The position numbers and the translations under genes were made by a program. Below the pieces are notes generated by a model. That model was not told the DNA's origin. It ran no database searches and worked only from the letters and a program-made list of their open reading frames with translations. Below, piece after piece: positions 27,409-34,732 of a stretch of DNA of 64,000 nucleotides. Position 1 is the first letter of the stretch, and every line of letters begins with the position of its first letter. The DNA comes from an uncultured Bacteroidales bacterium. GTDB taxonomy: Bacteria > Bacteroidota > Bacteroidia > Bacteroidales > Bacteroidaceae. The DNA is taken from contig CACZJU010000005.1 of assembly GCA_902781515.1 (NCBI GenBank), positions 28,911-92,910 of the forward strand, in the 5' to 3' direction.

Positions 27409-28184
27409 GAGTATTGTCATTAACAAAGTTTGAAGAAGGCATGATTAACGAAGATGCCGCTATCGCTAAAGGAAACTTGGTAGCAGTATCGGATGGTGCT
27501 GGTGGTGGAGGTGTTTTCGCAGACAAATGGTCTAAGTATTTGGTAGAACACCTGCCTGATGAACCTATTGCAGATTATGAGTCGTTCGATAAATGGATTG
27601 AAGGTATTTGGGAGCCATTCTATAATGATTGTGAGAAAAAGGCAAAAATAGAAGGTGGCTTGTTTCTAAATAAGTTTTATGACGAGGGCTCGTTTGCTAC
27701 ACTGGTGGCAGTATGGAATACCGGCCAATGGATAAGTTATGGAGATAGTGTAGTTTTCTGCTATGACAGAGATAATGGTCGGTTGCAACATTCATTTGGC
27801 CCCTTGCTTGATTTCAACAATCCACCATATCTTATTAACTGCAAAGACCCACTTATTGAGGAGGGCTTTAATTCTGGTCAGTTTGACATTAGACCTGACA
27901 GCATTGTCTTTGCTGCCAGTGATGCTTTGTCTCATTATATATTAATGATGTTCAAGGTGGCACACAGGGAAGAGTTTGAAAGCGAATTGCAGGTCGCTAT
28001 CAATGCTCAAACAAAAAACAGCAATTTTATCAGAATATGTATGAGTCAGCGTAAGATAGACTTTGAGGATGTCATTAAGAAATTGGCCCTATGTAAAAAT
28101 GCAGGAAACTATATGAGACACCTCAAAGGCATAAGGACGAAGGGCTTGATTGGGCACGATGACTATACAATAGCAATTATGTGA
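27405..28184 (+). CDS. PP2C-family Ser/Thr protein phosphatase
   Basis: INEDAAI, VAVSDGAGGGG, GSFATLV, YGDSVVF and AASDALSHY follow the PP2C metal-binding motif order. ATGA overlap with the DarT-vWA stop at 27405-27408. Confidence 0.75.
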   Translation: MRVLSLTKFEEGMINEDAAIAKGNLVAVSDGAGGGGVFADKWSKYLVEHLPDEPIADYESFDKWIEGIWEPFYNDCEKKAKIEGGLFLNKFYDEGSFATLVAVWNTGQWISYGDSVVFCYDRDNGRLQHSFGPLLDFNNPPYLINCKDPLIEEGFNSGQFDIRPDSIVFAASDALSHYILMMFKVAHREEFESELQVAINAQTKNSNFIRICMSQRKIDFEDVIKKLALCKNAGNYMRHLKGIRTKGLIGHDDYTIAIM

Positions 28185-28188
28185 ACGT

Positions 28189-29436
28189 ATGGAAAAGAAG
28201 AATAGCGGATATACTCCAGACTACATAGATACCCTGCTGTCGAATCAGATATTTGTGTTTGGTAGCAACTCGTTGGGTTATCATACAGGTGGTGCCTCTA
28301 GTACTGCAAGAAAAAAGTTTGGTGCTGTTTGGGGACAGCCGGAAGGACTACAGGGACAAAGTTATGCTATTCCTGTAGATTATGGCAAAGGCGTTAGGAA
28401 AGATGCGGAAGTTAAGACGGCTATTGACAGGTTTATTGAGTTTGCAAAAGCACATCATGAGCTCTTTTTCTATGTAACTCGTGTAGGTTGTGGAATTGCT
28501 GGTTATCACGACGAGGAGATGGCACAGTTCTTCATGGAGGCATTGGAACTGAAGAATGTATGTCTGCCAAAGAGCTTCGTTGATGCACTCAACAATGGAA
28601 GAATTGAGTATGACCTGGAACGATTTGTTGAAGCGCAGAATATGGTATATGATATGGCACTTCATGAAATAAAGGAGGGTCAGAAACGGGGCCACTGGAT
28701 ATGGTTTGTTTTTCCGCAGATTAAAGGTTTAGGTCATAGCTATAACTCCGAATACTATGGAATAAGCGGGGTGAATGAGGCTAAATCCTACTTGGAGCAC
28801 CCTCTATTAGGAGCCAGACTCAGAAAAATATCTCAGGCAATGCTAGATTGTGGCAACCCATCTGCAGATGACATCCTCGGATTTCCAGACATATTGAAGG
28901 TCAGGTCGTGTATGACGCTGTTTGATATGATATCACCCAATGACATTTTTAGGCAGGTGTTGGATAAATACTATGGTGGCAAGCCCTGTGACAAAACCAT
29001 TTGGCGTTTAGGAACACGCGAGGAGAAATCGAAAAATGCTATAAAACTGAGCAAACTACGTATTGCCAAAGATAGTTCTATTATTCTTGCTGATTACCAG
29101 AAAGAGGTTAAGTTGGAGCCCATAGTCAAAGCTGTATATTTACTGTTCTTGAATCATCCAGAGGGAATCGCTTTCAAGTATCTTCCCGGCTACAGGAACG
29201 AACTGACTGATTTATATCAGAAGATAAAACCCTTAGGTTTGACTGAAAGAGCAATTAGAAGTATTGAGGATGTTACGAACCCACTTCTTAATTCTATCAA
29301 TGAGAAGTGTTCACGCATCAGAGCAGCTTTTTTGCCCGAGGTTAACTCCACTTTGTTGGAGCAATATATTATTACCGGCAAGAGTGGGGATCTCAAGAAG
29401 ATAGCCCTACCTCGAGATTTGGTAATCTGGGAATAA
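28189..29436 (+). CDS. Three-part fusion: A1S_2505-like phage-associated domain, then DUF1810, then an unknown C-terminal domain
   Basis: Residues 20-135: IFVFGSNSLGYHTGGASSTARKKFGAVWGQPEGLQGQSYAIPV...VTRVGCGIAGY. I recall this pattern from 'A1S_2505 family phage non-structural protein' (unverified). Residues ~140-270: RFVEAQNMVYDMALHEIKEGQKRGHWIWFVFPQIKGLGHS...LGARL...YGGKPCDKT, which is the DUF1810 signature. Residues 280-415 are unknown. Confidence 0.6.
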   Translation: MEKKNSGYTPDYIDTLLSNQIFVFGSNSLGYHTGGASSTARKKFGAVWGQPEGLQGQSYAIPVDYGKGVRKDAEVKTAIDRFIEFAKAHHELFFYVTRVGCGIAGYHDEEMAQFFMEALELKNVCLPKSFVDALNNGRIEYDLERFVEAQNMVYDMALHEIKEGQKRGHWIWFVFPQIKGLGHSYNSEYYGISGVNEAKSYLEHPLLGARLRKISQAMLDCGNPSADDILGFPDILKVRSCMTLFDMISPNDIFRQVLDKYYGGKPCDKTIWRLGTREEKSKNAIKLSKLRIAKDSSIILADYQKEVKLEPIVKAVYLLFLNHPEGIAFKYLPGYRNELTDLYQKIKPLGLTERAIRSIEDVTNPLLNSINEKCSRIRAAFLPEVNSTLLEQYIITGKSGDLKKIALPRDLVIWE

Positions 29437-29460
29437 AAAGCACTTCAACATTTTCATCAT

Positions 29461-29477
29461 TCCACAAGCCTTGTGAA
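29461..29477. promoter_or_regulatory. Second copy of the palindrome (TCCACAAG-C-CTTGTGAA), candidate operator of island operon 2
   Basis: 16/17 identical to 18661-17; the core CACAAG-C-CTTGTG is perfect. It is followed by collinear blocks (TTTCCT, TTTAAGTA, TATATTTG) that are also found after the first copy. Confidence 0.5.
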
Positions 29478-29516
29478 ATGTTTTTCCTTGTCTGCATAAT
29501 TTTAAGTATGTACCTT

Positions 29517-29524
29517 TATATTTG
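29517..29524 (+). promoter_or_regulatory. -7 promoter box (TAtaTTTG) for island operon 2
   Basis: tatatttg ends 18 nt before ATG 29543. Confidence 0.5.
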
Positions 29525-29542
29525 AAAACTTAACATTAAATA

Positions 29543-29761
29543 ATGAAGTATATGAAAAGAATTGAAACAATGAAATGCAGGTACCCGATTGTGTTTTGGA
29601 TTGGGTGGATTGCCATCGCTGTGTGGATGGCATTGTCGATAGCGAATTATGCCTGTAGTTACACGCTTTTCAAACTGAAGGTCTTGAGCGGTTGCGGATA
29701 CTTTATGACTATCCTTGGGATGTTCGCAATGTTCCGTTCGCTGGATTGGAGGAGGTATTAA
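29543..29761 (+). CDS. Small membrane protein (2 predicted TM helices)
   Basis: 72 aa with hydrophobic stretches IVFWIGWIAIAVWMALSIA and GYFMTILGMFAMF. Confidence 0.4.
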   Translation: MKYMKRIETMKCRYPIVFWIGWIAIAVWMALSIANYACSYTLFKLKVLSGCGYFMTILGMFAMFRSLDWRRY

Positions 29762-29762
29762 A

Positions 29763-29945
29763 ATGGAGCGTGAAGATTTTATAAAAATCGATGAAAAAAG
29801 CTACAAAGATTACCTTAATCTTGATATTGTCGCATTTTCCCTTGCTTATGGAGGAGCCATGGGCAGTCCTGGTAAGATTTTAGTAGTCACCAAAGATGCA
29901 AATATATATAGTATGAATGACATATTCGACATACCTCTTTTCTAA
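29763..29945 (+). CDS. Hypothetical 60-aa protein
   Basis: ATG 29763 (MEREDFIKIDEK...) lies 1 nt after the preceding stop. The track's longer 29715 start would overlap the previous ORF. Confidence 0.35.
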   Translation: MEREDFIKIDEKSYKDYLNLDIVAFSLAYGGAMGSPGKILVVTKDANIYSMNDIFDIPLF

Positions 29946-29953
29946 TTTAGCAA

Positions 29954-30958
29954 ATGTCTGTATTTTATTCAAAAAAAATATTTATGAGGAAATATCATAA
30001 AAAACTAATCCCAAAGCATCAAAACTTTGTAAACCAGTACGTGCTTTCACGATATAATCCGAGAGGCATATACAGGAGAGCCTATTTCTGTGAGGATGAG
30101 GACATTGCTTTTGTCATACGTGTTGAGGATTACGAGGACAATCCCGATAGTTGGGGATGTGTTAATATGCAACATCAGTTACTTGTGCCTTTCCAATATG
30201 AGCGGATATTTGACTATGGCAGGTATCTCATTGCCACTAATTGGGAAGGAAGATTTCTATACAATAAGAAAGGGAAAATGCTCTATGAAATTGGTAGGGT
30301 TCTTAAGCCCCATCATCAAGCATACAGATTGATATTTGATCCTGAAAATGAAAACTTTAGAATTGCAATAAGGAAAATGGCAATTTCAAAGGAGCAATAT
30401 GAGATTTTTTATTCTATGCCCAATGGCCTTGTTTTCGCTAAGCGAAAGGAGGGAAAAGTTGGAGCCATCCTTTTTTCCAAGTTGAAACTACCATTTGAAT
30501 ATTATGCTATTGCTGTTCCTCAAAATGGTTATACATTGGGAGTGATTGAGGAAGGGCAAGCGGATGACGGAGAACCATTATTCAACTGTCAACTCATAAA
30601 AGTAAGAAGCCAAATAAAGAAAGAAGGCTCTATTCACCCTACAGGTATTTATATATTCACTTGCCTTAGAGAAGATGAGGTGAAGGATTTCTTTAGGAAT
30701 AAAGAACGAGTTGCCAATGAGTGCAACAAAATTGTTCGCAATAACGAACAAGTCCATTTCTCTGTAGAAGATTTAAAGTTATTTCCCTTTGATACAGACA
30801 ATTTGCCAAAAGAACCTGATTACGAAGAGGATGAAGAAACTGATGAGGATGAACGGGATGACAACATGAGTCTGTATGACTATCTTCATCAGTGGGATGA
30901 TTCTGCAAACATTGCTTATGAAGGATATAGCCGATTGTATTTAGGTTATGATGATTAG
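29954..30958 (+). CDS. WG-repeat-like protein with strongly acidic C-terminal tail
   Basis: WGCVNMQHQLLVPFQYERIFDY and GKVGAILFSKLKLPFEYYAI fit the WG-repeat pattern. The tail is PKEPDYEEDEETDEDERDDN...GYSRLYLGYDD. Confidence 0.5.
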   Translation: MSVFYSKKIFMRKYHKKLIPKHQNFVNQYVLSRYNPRGIYRRAYFCEDEDIAFVIRVEDYEDNPDSWGCVNMQHQLLVPFQYERIFDYGRYLIATNWEGRFLYNKKGKMLYEIGRVLKPHHQAYRLIFDPENENFRIAIRKMAISKEQYEIFYSMPNGLVFAKRKEGKVGAILFSKLKLPFEYYAIAVPQNGYTLGVIEEGQADDGEPLFNCQLIKVRSQIKKEGSIHPTGIYIFTCLREDEVKDFFRNKERVANECNKIVRNNEQVHFSVEDLKLFPFDTDNLPKEPDYEEDEETDEDERDDNMSLYDYLHQWDDSANIAYEGYSRLYLGYDD

Positions 30959-31062
30959 TAGTGAATAATGGAAATGGTAAAGTATGAATCCAACGCCCCG
31001 TTAGTGATATTATAAAGCTGAAATAATTATACACAAATTACAAACCTACAAAGTCTACTATA

Positions 31063-31713
31063 ATGATACAAATCGTTGATGGTTATACTTTAATAGAATG
31101 TTTGCTAAAAATAGCAGATGAAGAAGGAAAGATAATCGTGGATAAAACAACTTATCTGCCAGACATAAAGCATTACAAGAACGAATGTATATTAATTGAA
31201 AAATTATGTTCATTAATGAATGTCTATGGGATAAATCCTATCTTAGATAAAGACTTTATAGATGAACGACCTGAAAACTATTTTATATGTTTTATCAATA
31301 ATGAGTTTTCAGACCAACGAAAAGAATTAACACTAAAGCACTTAAATAAAATGTTTAGACTCGGAAAATCCGATTTGTCTGCAATGCTGTCGACAAGAAA
31401 GGCAAGATTTGAGAGCTTCTTATATTTGTTTAAGTATAGAAAGAAACTACAAGACTTAGAGTTTTCAAATTGTGACTTCAAGGAACTTGGGGATTCCCAT
31501 GCCAAATTGGTTTGCAAATCCCTAACAGACATACTATTTTGTAAGAAGATTGAGCCAGCCTGTGCTTTCCTTGAAAAAGCAATGCTCTTGTTGATGGGGG
31601 ATTATGTAGATAAGAAATATAAAGATATCGATTTAATTCGGGACTTTGGCTATCCTGGAATTATCCCCGAAAACATAAACAAAGAGCCGAATGATGATAC
31701 CCCACCATTTTAA
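31063..31713 (+). CDS. Hypothetical protein (216 aa)
   Basis: ORF with an ATG start in the same orientation as the island. No motif recognised. Confidence 0.4.
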   Translation: MIQIVDGYTLIECLLKIADEEGKIIVDKTTYLPDIKHYKNECILIEKLCSLMNVYGINPILDKDFIDERPENYFICFINNEFSDQRKELTLKHLNKMFRLGKSDLSAMLSTRKARFESFLYLFKYRKKLQDLEFSNCDFKELGDSHAKLVCKSLTDILFCKKIEPACAFLEKAMLLLMGDYVDKKYKDIDLIRDFGYPGIIPENINKEPNDDTPPF

Positions 31714-31727
31714 TAAACAAATATAAT

Positions 31728-32891
31728 ATGTCTCGAAGACTGAAGAAACCGTATAGAAGGCTGCTGAAGACGATTGCTGTAGTTGCCGTAATTGTGTTGC
31801 TGAAATGGCTATGGCTAGCTGTTTCCACAATGGGGCACGGCTCGTTTGAAGGGGAGAAAACGGAGATATTGCGACGCCGCAATTATCTTACAGAACGTTT
31901 AGTGACTTCACAACAGGAAGTTTTTGAGGAGATGCCAAAAGGTCTGGAATCGCAGTTCCAAGGGGAGTGGGCAATGTATTCATGCTCTATGCTAACGGCA
32001 GCGCTGGTGAATATCGCAAAGCTTTATCCTGAAGAACGAGAAAAGTCTATGGGGCAGATAGATAGGCTTATTGAAATCGTATTGACGGAACAGATGAGGC
32101 AATATGATACTGCACGCTGGGGTGAAGACCCGTTGGATAGTTGGGAAAGCGAGAAAAGTCATATGTCGTATCTAAGTATCTTAGCTTGGATGATTAGCGG
32201 ATACAAAGCTGTGGGCGGAGGGGACAAATACGATGATTGGTATTTTCGACTATGCAGCACATTGAACTGGCGCATGAAGAAGAGTCCAACACTGAACCTC
32301 CAGACCTATCCTGACGAGGCTGTTTATGTACCAGATATGCTTGTTGCGATTGTAGCTTTGTCGAACTTTACACGCCAATGCGACGATAGATACCAAAGCA
32401 CTATAAACGAATGGCTGCATAAGGCAAAAACGGAATGGACAGATAAGGAAACGGGACTGCTGAAATCCTTCCTAAGCTACGATGGTACAGAACTGTCGGA
32501 ACCCATAAAGGGCTCTTATTCTGCACTTAACTGTTATTATCTTACCTTTGTAGATACAACCTTTGCCAAAGAACAATACGGACTGATGAAAAAATATTTC
32601 AAGAAGGCACGTCCTGTAACAGGAATCCGAGAGTATTACGACCGCTCATGTTGGATAGGATTGGATGCTGACGCTGGGCCCATAATTTTTAACCTGAGTC
32701 CATCAGGTACAGCCTTTGCTATAGGCCCTGCAACCTATTTCAATGATTCGGAATTCCGCAAACAATTATTGAGAACTGCTGAAATCGCAGGCTCAACTTT
32801 CCGTGGGTGGAACACCAATCACTATCTGCTTGCTAATGTGGCATTAGTGGGCGAGGCTGTGGCTCTCGCCATGCGAACACATACAAAATGA
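31728..32891 (+). CDS. Membrane-anchored hypothetical protein (387 aa)
   Basis: The N-terminal TM is TIAVVAVIVLLKWLWLAV, and the rest is helical-looking. G+C is noticeably higher than in the upstream island genes. Confidence 0.45.
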   Translation: MSRRLKKPYRRLLKTIAVVAVIVLLKWLWLAVSTMGHGSFEGEKTEILRRRNYLTERLVTSQQEVFEEMPKGLESQFQGEWAMYSCSMLTAALVNIAKLYPEEREKSMGQIDRLIEIVLTEQMRQYDTARWGEDPLDSWESEKSHMSYLSILAWMISGYKAVGGGDKYDDWYFRLCSTLNWRMKKSPTLNLQTYPDEAVYVPDMLVAIVALSNFTRQCDDRYQSTINEWLHKAKTEWTDKETGLLKSFLSYDGTELSEPIKGSYSALNCYYLTFVDTTFAKEQYGLMKKYFKKARPVTGIREYYDRSCWIGLDADAGPIIFNLSPSGTAFAIGPATYFNDSEFRKQLLRTAEIAGSTFRGWNTNHYLLANVALVGEAVALAMRTHTK

Positions 32892-32906
32892 ATTAAAACA
32901 AACGTT

Positions 32907-33731
32907 ATGGATAATAGTATTCTCATAGGTGCTATCGCAGGAGATGTAATAGGTTCTGTTTATGAGTTTTGCCCATGTCGGAGTACTGACTTTAAGTTGT
33001 TCTATTCGGATTCCAGGTTTACGGACGATACAGTAATGACTGTTGCTATAGCAGATTGGCTTCTGACGGGCAACGACTTGGTGAAGACTATGCAGAAGTG
33101 GGGACGGAAATATCCGTTTGCCGGATATGGTCAGCGTTTCATGTTTTGGCTGGCTGATCCAAATCCACAGCCATACGACAGTTGGGGTAATGGGAGTGCA
33201 ATGCGTGTAAGTCCTGTCGGATGGGCTTTTGAAACACTTGATGAAACTCTTGAGTTTGCAAAGCGAAGTGCCGATGTATCCCATAATCATCCTGAAGGGA
33301 TTAAAGGAGCTCAGGCTACAGCTGCATGTATATTCATGGCACGAACAGGGAAGAAGAAGGCTGAGATTAAGGATTATGTTGAACAAACATTTGGTTATGA
33401 CCTTAGCCGGAAATGTGATGACATTCGTCCTGAATATCGCCATACAGAAAGTTGTCAGGGAAGTGTTCCTGAATCTATTATTGCTTTTCTTGAAAGCAGC
33501 GATTATGAGAGCACCATCCGACTTGCCGTTTCTCTGGGTGGCGATGCAGATACGATGGCGGCCATAGCAGGCAGCATTGCAGAGGCGTATTATGATGGTG
33601 TGCCTAACCATATCAAGGAGGAGGTGATTAAAAGATTACCACAGGAGATGGTAGATACGATGAGCTACTTTTACTTTATATATTTACATCACACTTCCAG
33701 AGCCAACACAAAGAACAATCCGTCATCTTGA
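32907..33731 (+). CDS. ADP-ribosylglycohydrolase (ARH/DraG family)
   Basis: IAGDVIGSVYEF, RFTDDTVMT, WGNGSAMRVSP and LGGDADTMAAIAGSIAEAYY are signature blocks of the PF03747-type fold, including the metal-binding D/T residues. Confidence 0.85.
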   Translation: MDNSILIGAIAGDVIGSVYEFCPCRSTDFKLFYSDSRFTDDTVMTVAIADWLLTGNDLVKTMQKWGRKYPFAGYGQRFMFWLADPNPQPYDSWGNGSAMRVSPVGWAFETLDETLEFAKRSADVSHNHPEGIKGAQATAACIFMARTGKKKAEIKDYVEQTFGYDLSRKCDDIRPEYRHTESCQGSVPESIIAFLESSDYESTIRLAVSLGGDADTMAAIAGSIAEAYYDGVPNHIKEEVIKRLPQEMVDTMSYFYFIYLHHTSRANTKNNPSS

Positions 33732-33779
33732 AATTTTAAATGGTAAATGTCTAGTAGCTTAGTTGCTTTAAAGAGGGGA

Positions 33780-33859
33780 AATAGGGAATTTCCCCCAAGG
33801 AATGGGAAAAATCCTCTTGCAGTGCCAGAAAAAGGTGGTAATTTTGCAGCGTAGAAAAT
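33780..33859. repeat. 80-bp direct repeat, copy 1 (promoter cassette upstream of djlA-like gene)
   Basis: aatagggaatttccccCaaggaatgggaaaaatcctcttgcagtgccagaaaaaggtggtaattttgcagcgtagaaaat is 79/80 identical to 35981-36060. It contains the palindrome GGGAA-T-TTCCC and a TAatTTTG box at 33839-33846. Confidence 0.9.
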
Positions 33860-33868
33860 ACGTGATAT

Positions 33869-34645
33869 ATGGCAATAGGAAAATGGATAGGGGGATTCCT
33901 GGGACTGCTTAGCGGCGGTCCGCTGGGAATGTTGGCTGGCATTGTGCTGGGTGCAGTGGCTGATTCGGTGTTCGACCAAGACAATTACTTCAAGCCCGGC
34001 GAAGGCATGGGAAATGCGGCTTACCAGCAGCAGGGGGCACGCAATGGGTTCCTGTTCTCGCTGATGGTGCTGGCTGCGCACATCATACATGCCGACCGTC
34101 GTGTGATGCACAGCGAGATGGAGTATGTACGGCGTTTCCTGCGCACGAATTTCTCGCAGGATGCGGAGCGCGAGGGCGAAGAGATTCTGCTGCGCCTGTT
34201 TGAAGAGAAGAAGCGCATGGGCGACAGCGAATGGGTGCAACAGATTGTGGCAGTGTGTCAGCAGTTGGCTTACGCTATGCCTATGGAGCAGCGCCTGCAA
34301 CTGATAGCAATGCTGTGCGAGATAGCAAAGGCGGATGGCACGATTCAGCAGGAGGAGCGTGAGGCTCTGCGGCAGGTGTGTGTGAATATGGGGCTCGACG
34401 GAGGTACTGCAGAGCAGATGTTGGGACTTGGTGGTGAGACGCTTGACGAAGCTTACCGTGTGCTGGGCCTTTCGCCCGATGCCACTGACGATGATGTGCG
34501 TCAGGCCTATAAACGTATGGCTCGCGAGAATCATCCCGACCGTGTGGCTTCGCTTGGTGAGGATATCCGTCGCTCGGCAGAACGCAAGTTCCAAGAGATT
34601 GCCGATGCCAAGGACCGCATCTACCGTGCCCGCAACATGAAATAA
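33869..34645 (+). CDS. djlA: DjlA-like co-chaperone (N-terminal TM, TerB-like domain, C-terminal J domain)
   Basis: TM is WIGGFLGLLSGGPLGMLAGIVLGAV. The tellurite-resistance TerB-like middle contains LIAMLCEIAKADGTIQQEERE. The J domain is AYRVLGLSPDATDDDVRQAYKRMARENHPDR, with the HPD motif. Confidence 0.8.
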   Translation: MAIGKWIGGFLGLLSGGPLGMLAGIVLGAVADSVFDQDNYFKPGEGMGNAAYQQQGARNGFLFSLMVLAAHIIHADRRVMHSEMEYVRRFLRTNFSQDAEREGEEILLRLFEEKKRMGDSEWVQQIVAVCQQLAYAMPMEQRLQLIAMLCEIAKADGTIQQEEREALRQVCVNMGLDGGTAEQMLGLGGETLDEAYRVLGLSPDATDDDVRQAYKRMARENHPDRVASLGEDIRRSAERKFQEIADAKDRIYRARNMK

Positions 34646-34646
34646 T

Positions 34647-34712
34647 TTGAGAATTTTGTTTGGGAGAATTGAGAATTTTGTTTGTGAGAATTGAGAATTT
34701 TGTATATCTTTG
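34647..34712. repeat. 22-bp tandem repeat, about 2.6-3 copies (ttgagaattttgtttgKgagaa)
   Basis: The units are 34647-34668, 34669-34690 (1 mismatch) and a partial, diverged third unit 34691-34712. The third unit ends in a TAtcTTTG box (34705-34712) upstream of ATG 34733. Confidence 0.85.
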
Positions 34713-34732
34713 CAGTGGAAAACCAATTAGTT

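Noticed and set aside
29715-29762. Longer version of the 60-aa ORF (track start 29715)
   Set aside because: It would overlap the preceding small membrane-protein ORF by 47 nt in another frame. An ATG at 29763 directly follows that ORF's stop.
34647-34712. CRISPR array: this and the other short tandem repeats at 37184-37239, 40503-40531 and 59717-59751
   Set aside because: The repeat periods are 7-22 nt with no unique spacers between units, and no cas genes lie nearby. These are simple tandem repeats.
33689-34726. 345-aa minus-strand ORF
   Set aside because: It is antisense to the djlA-like gene (clear J domain with HPD on the plus strand). It also spans the 80-bp repeat and the promoter, which is implausible for a CDS.
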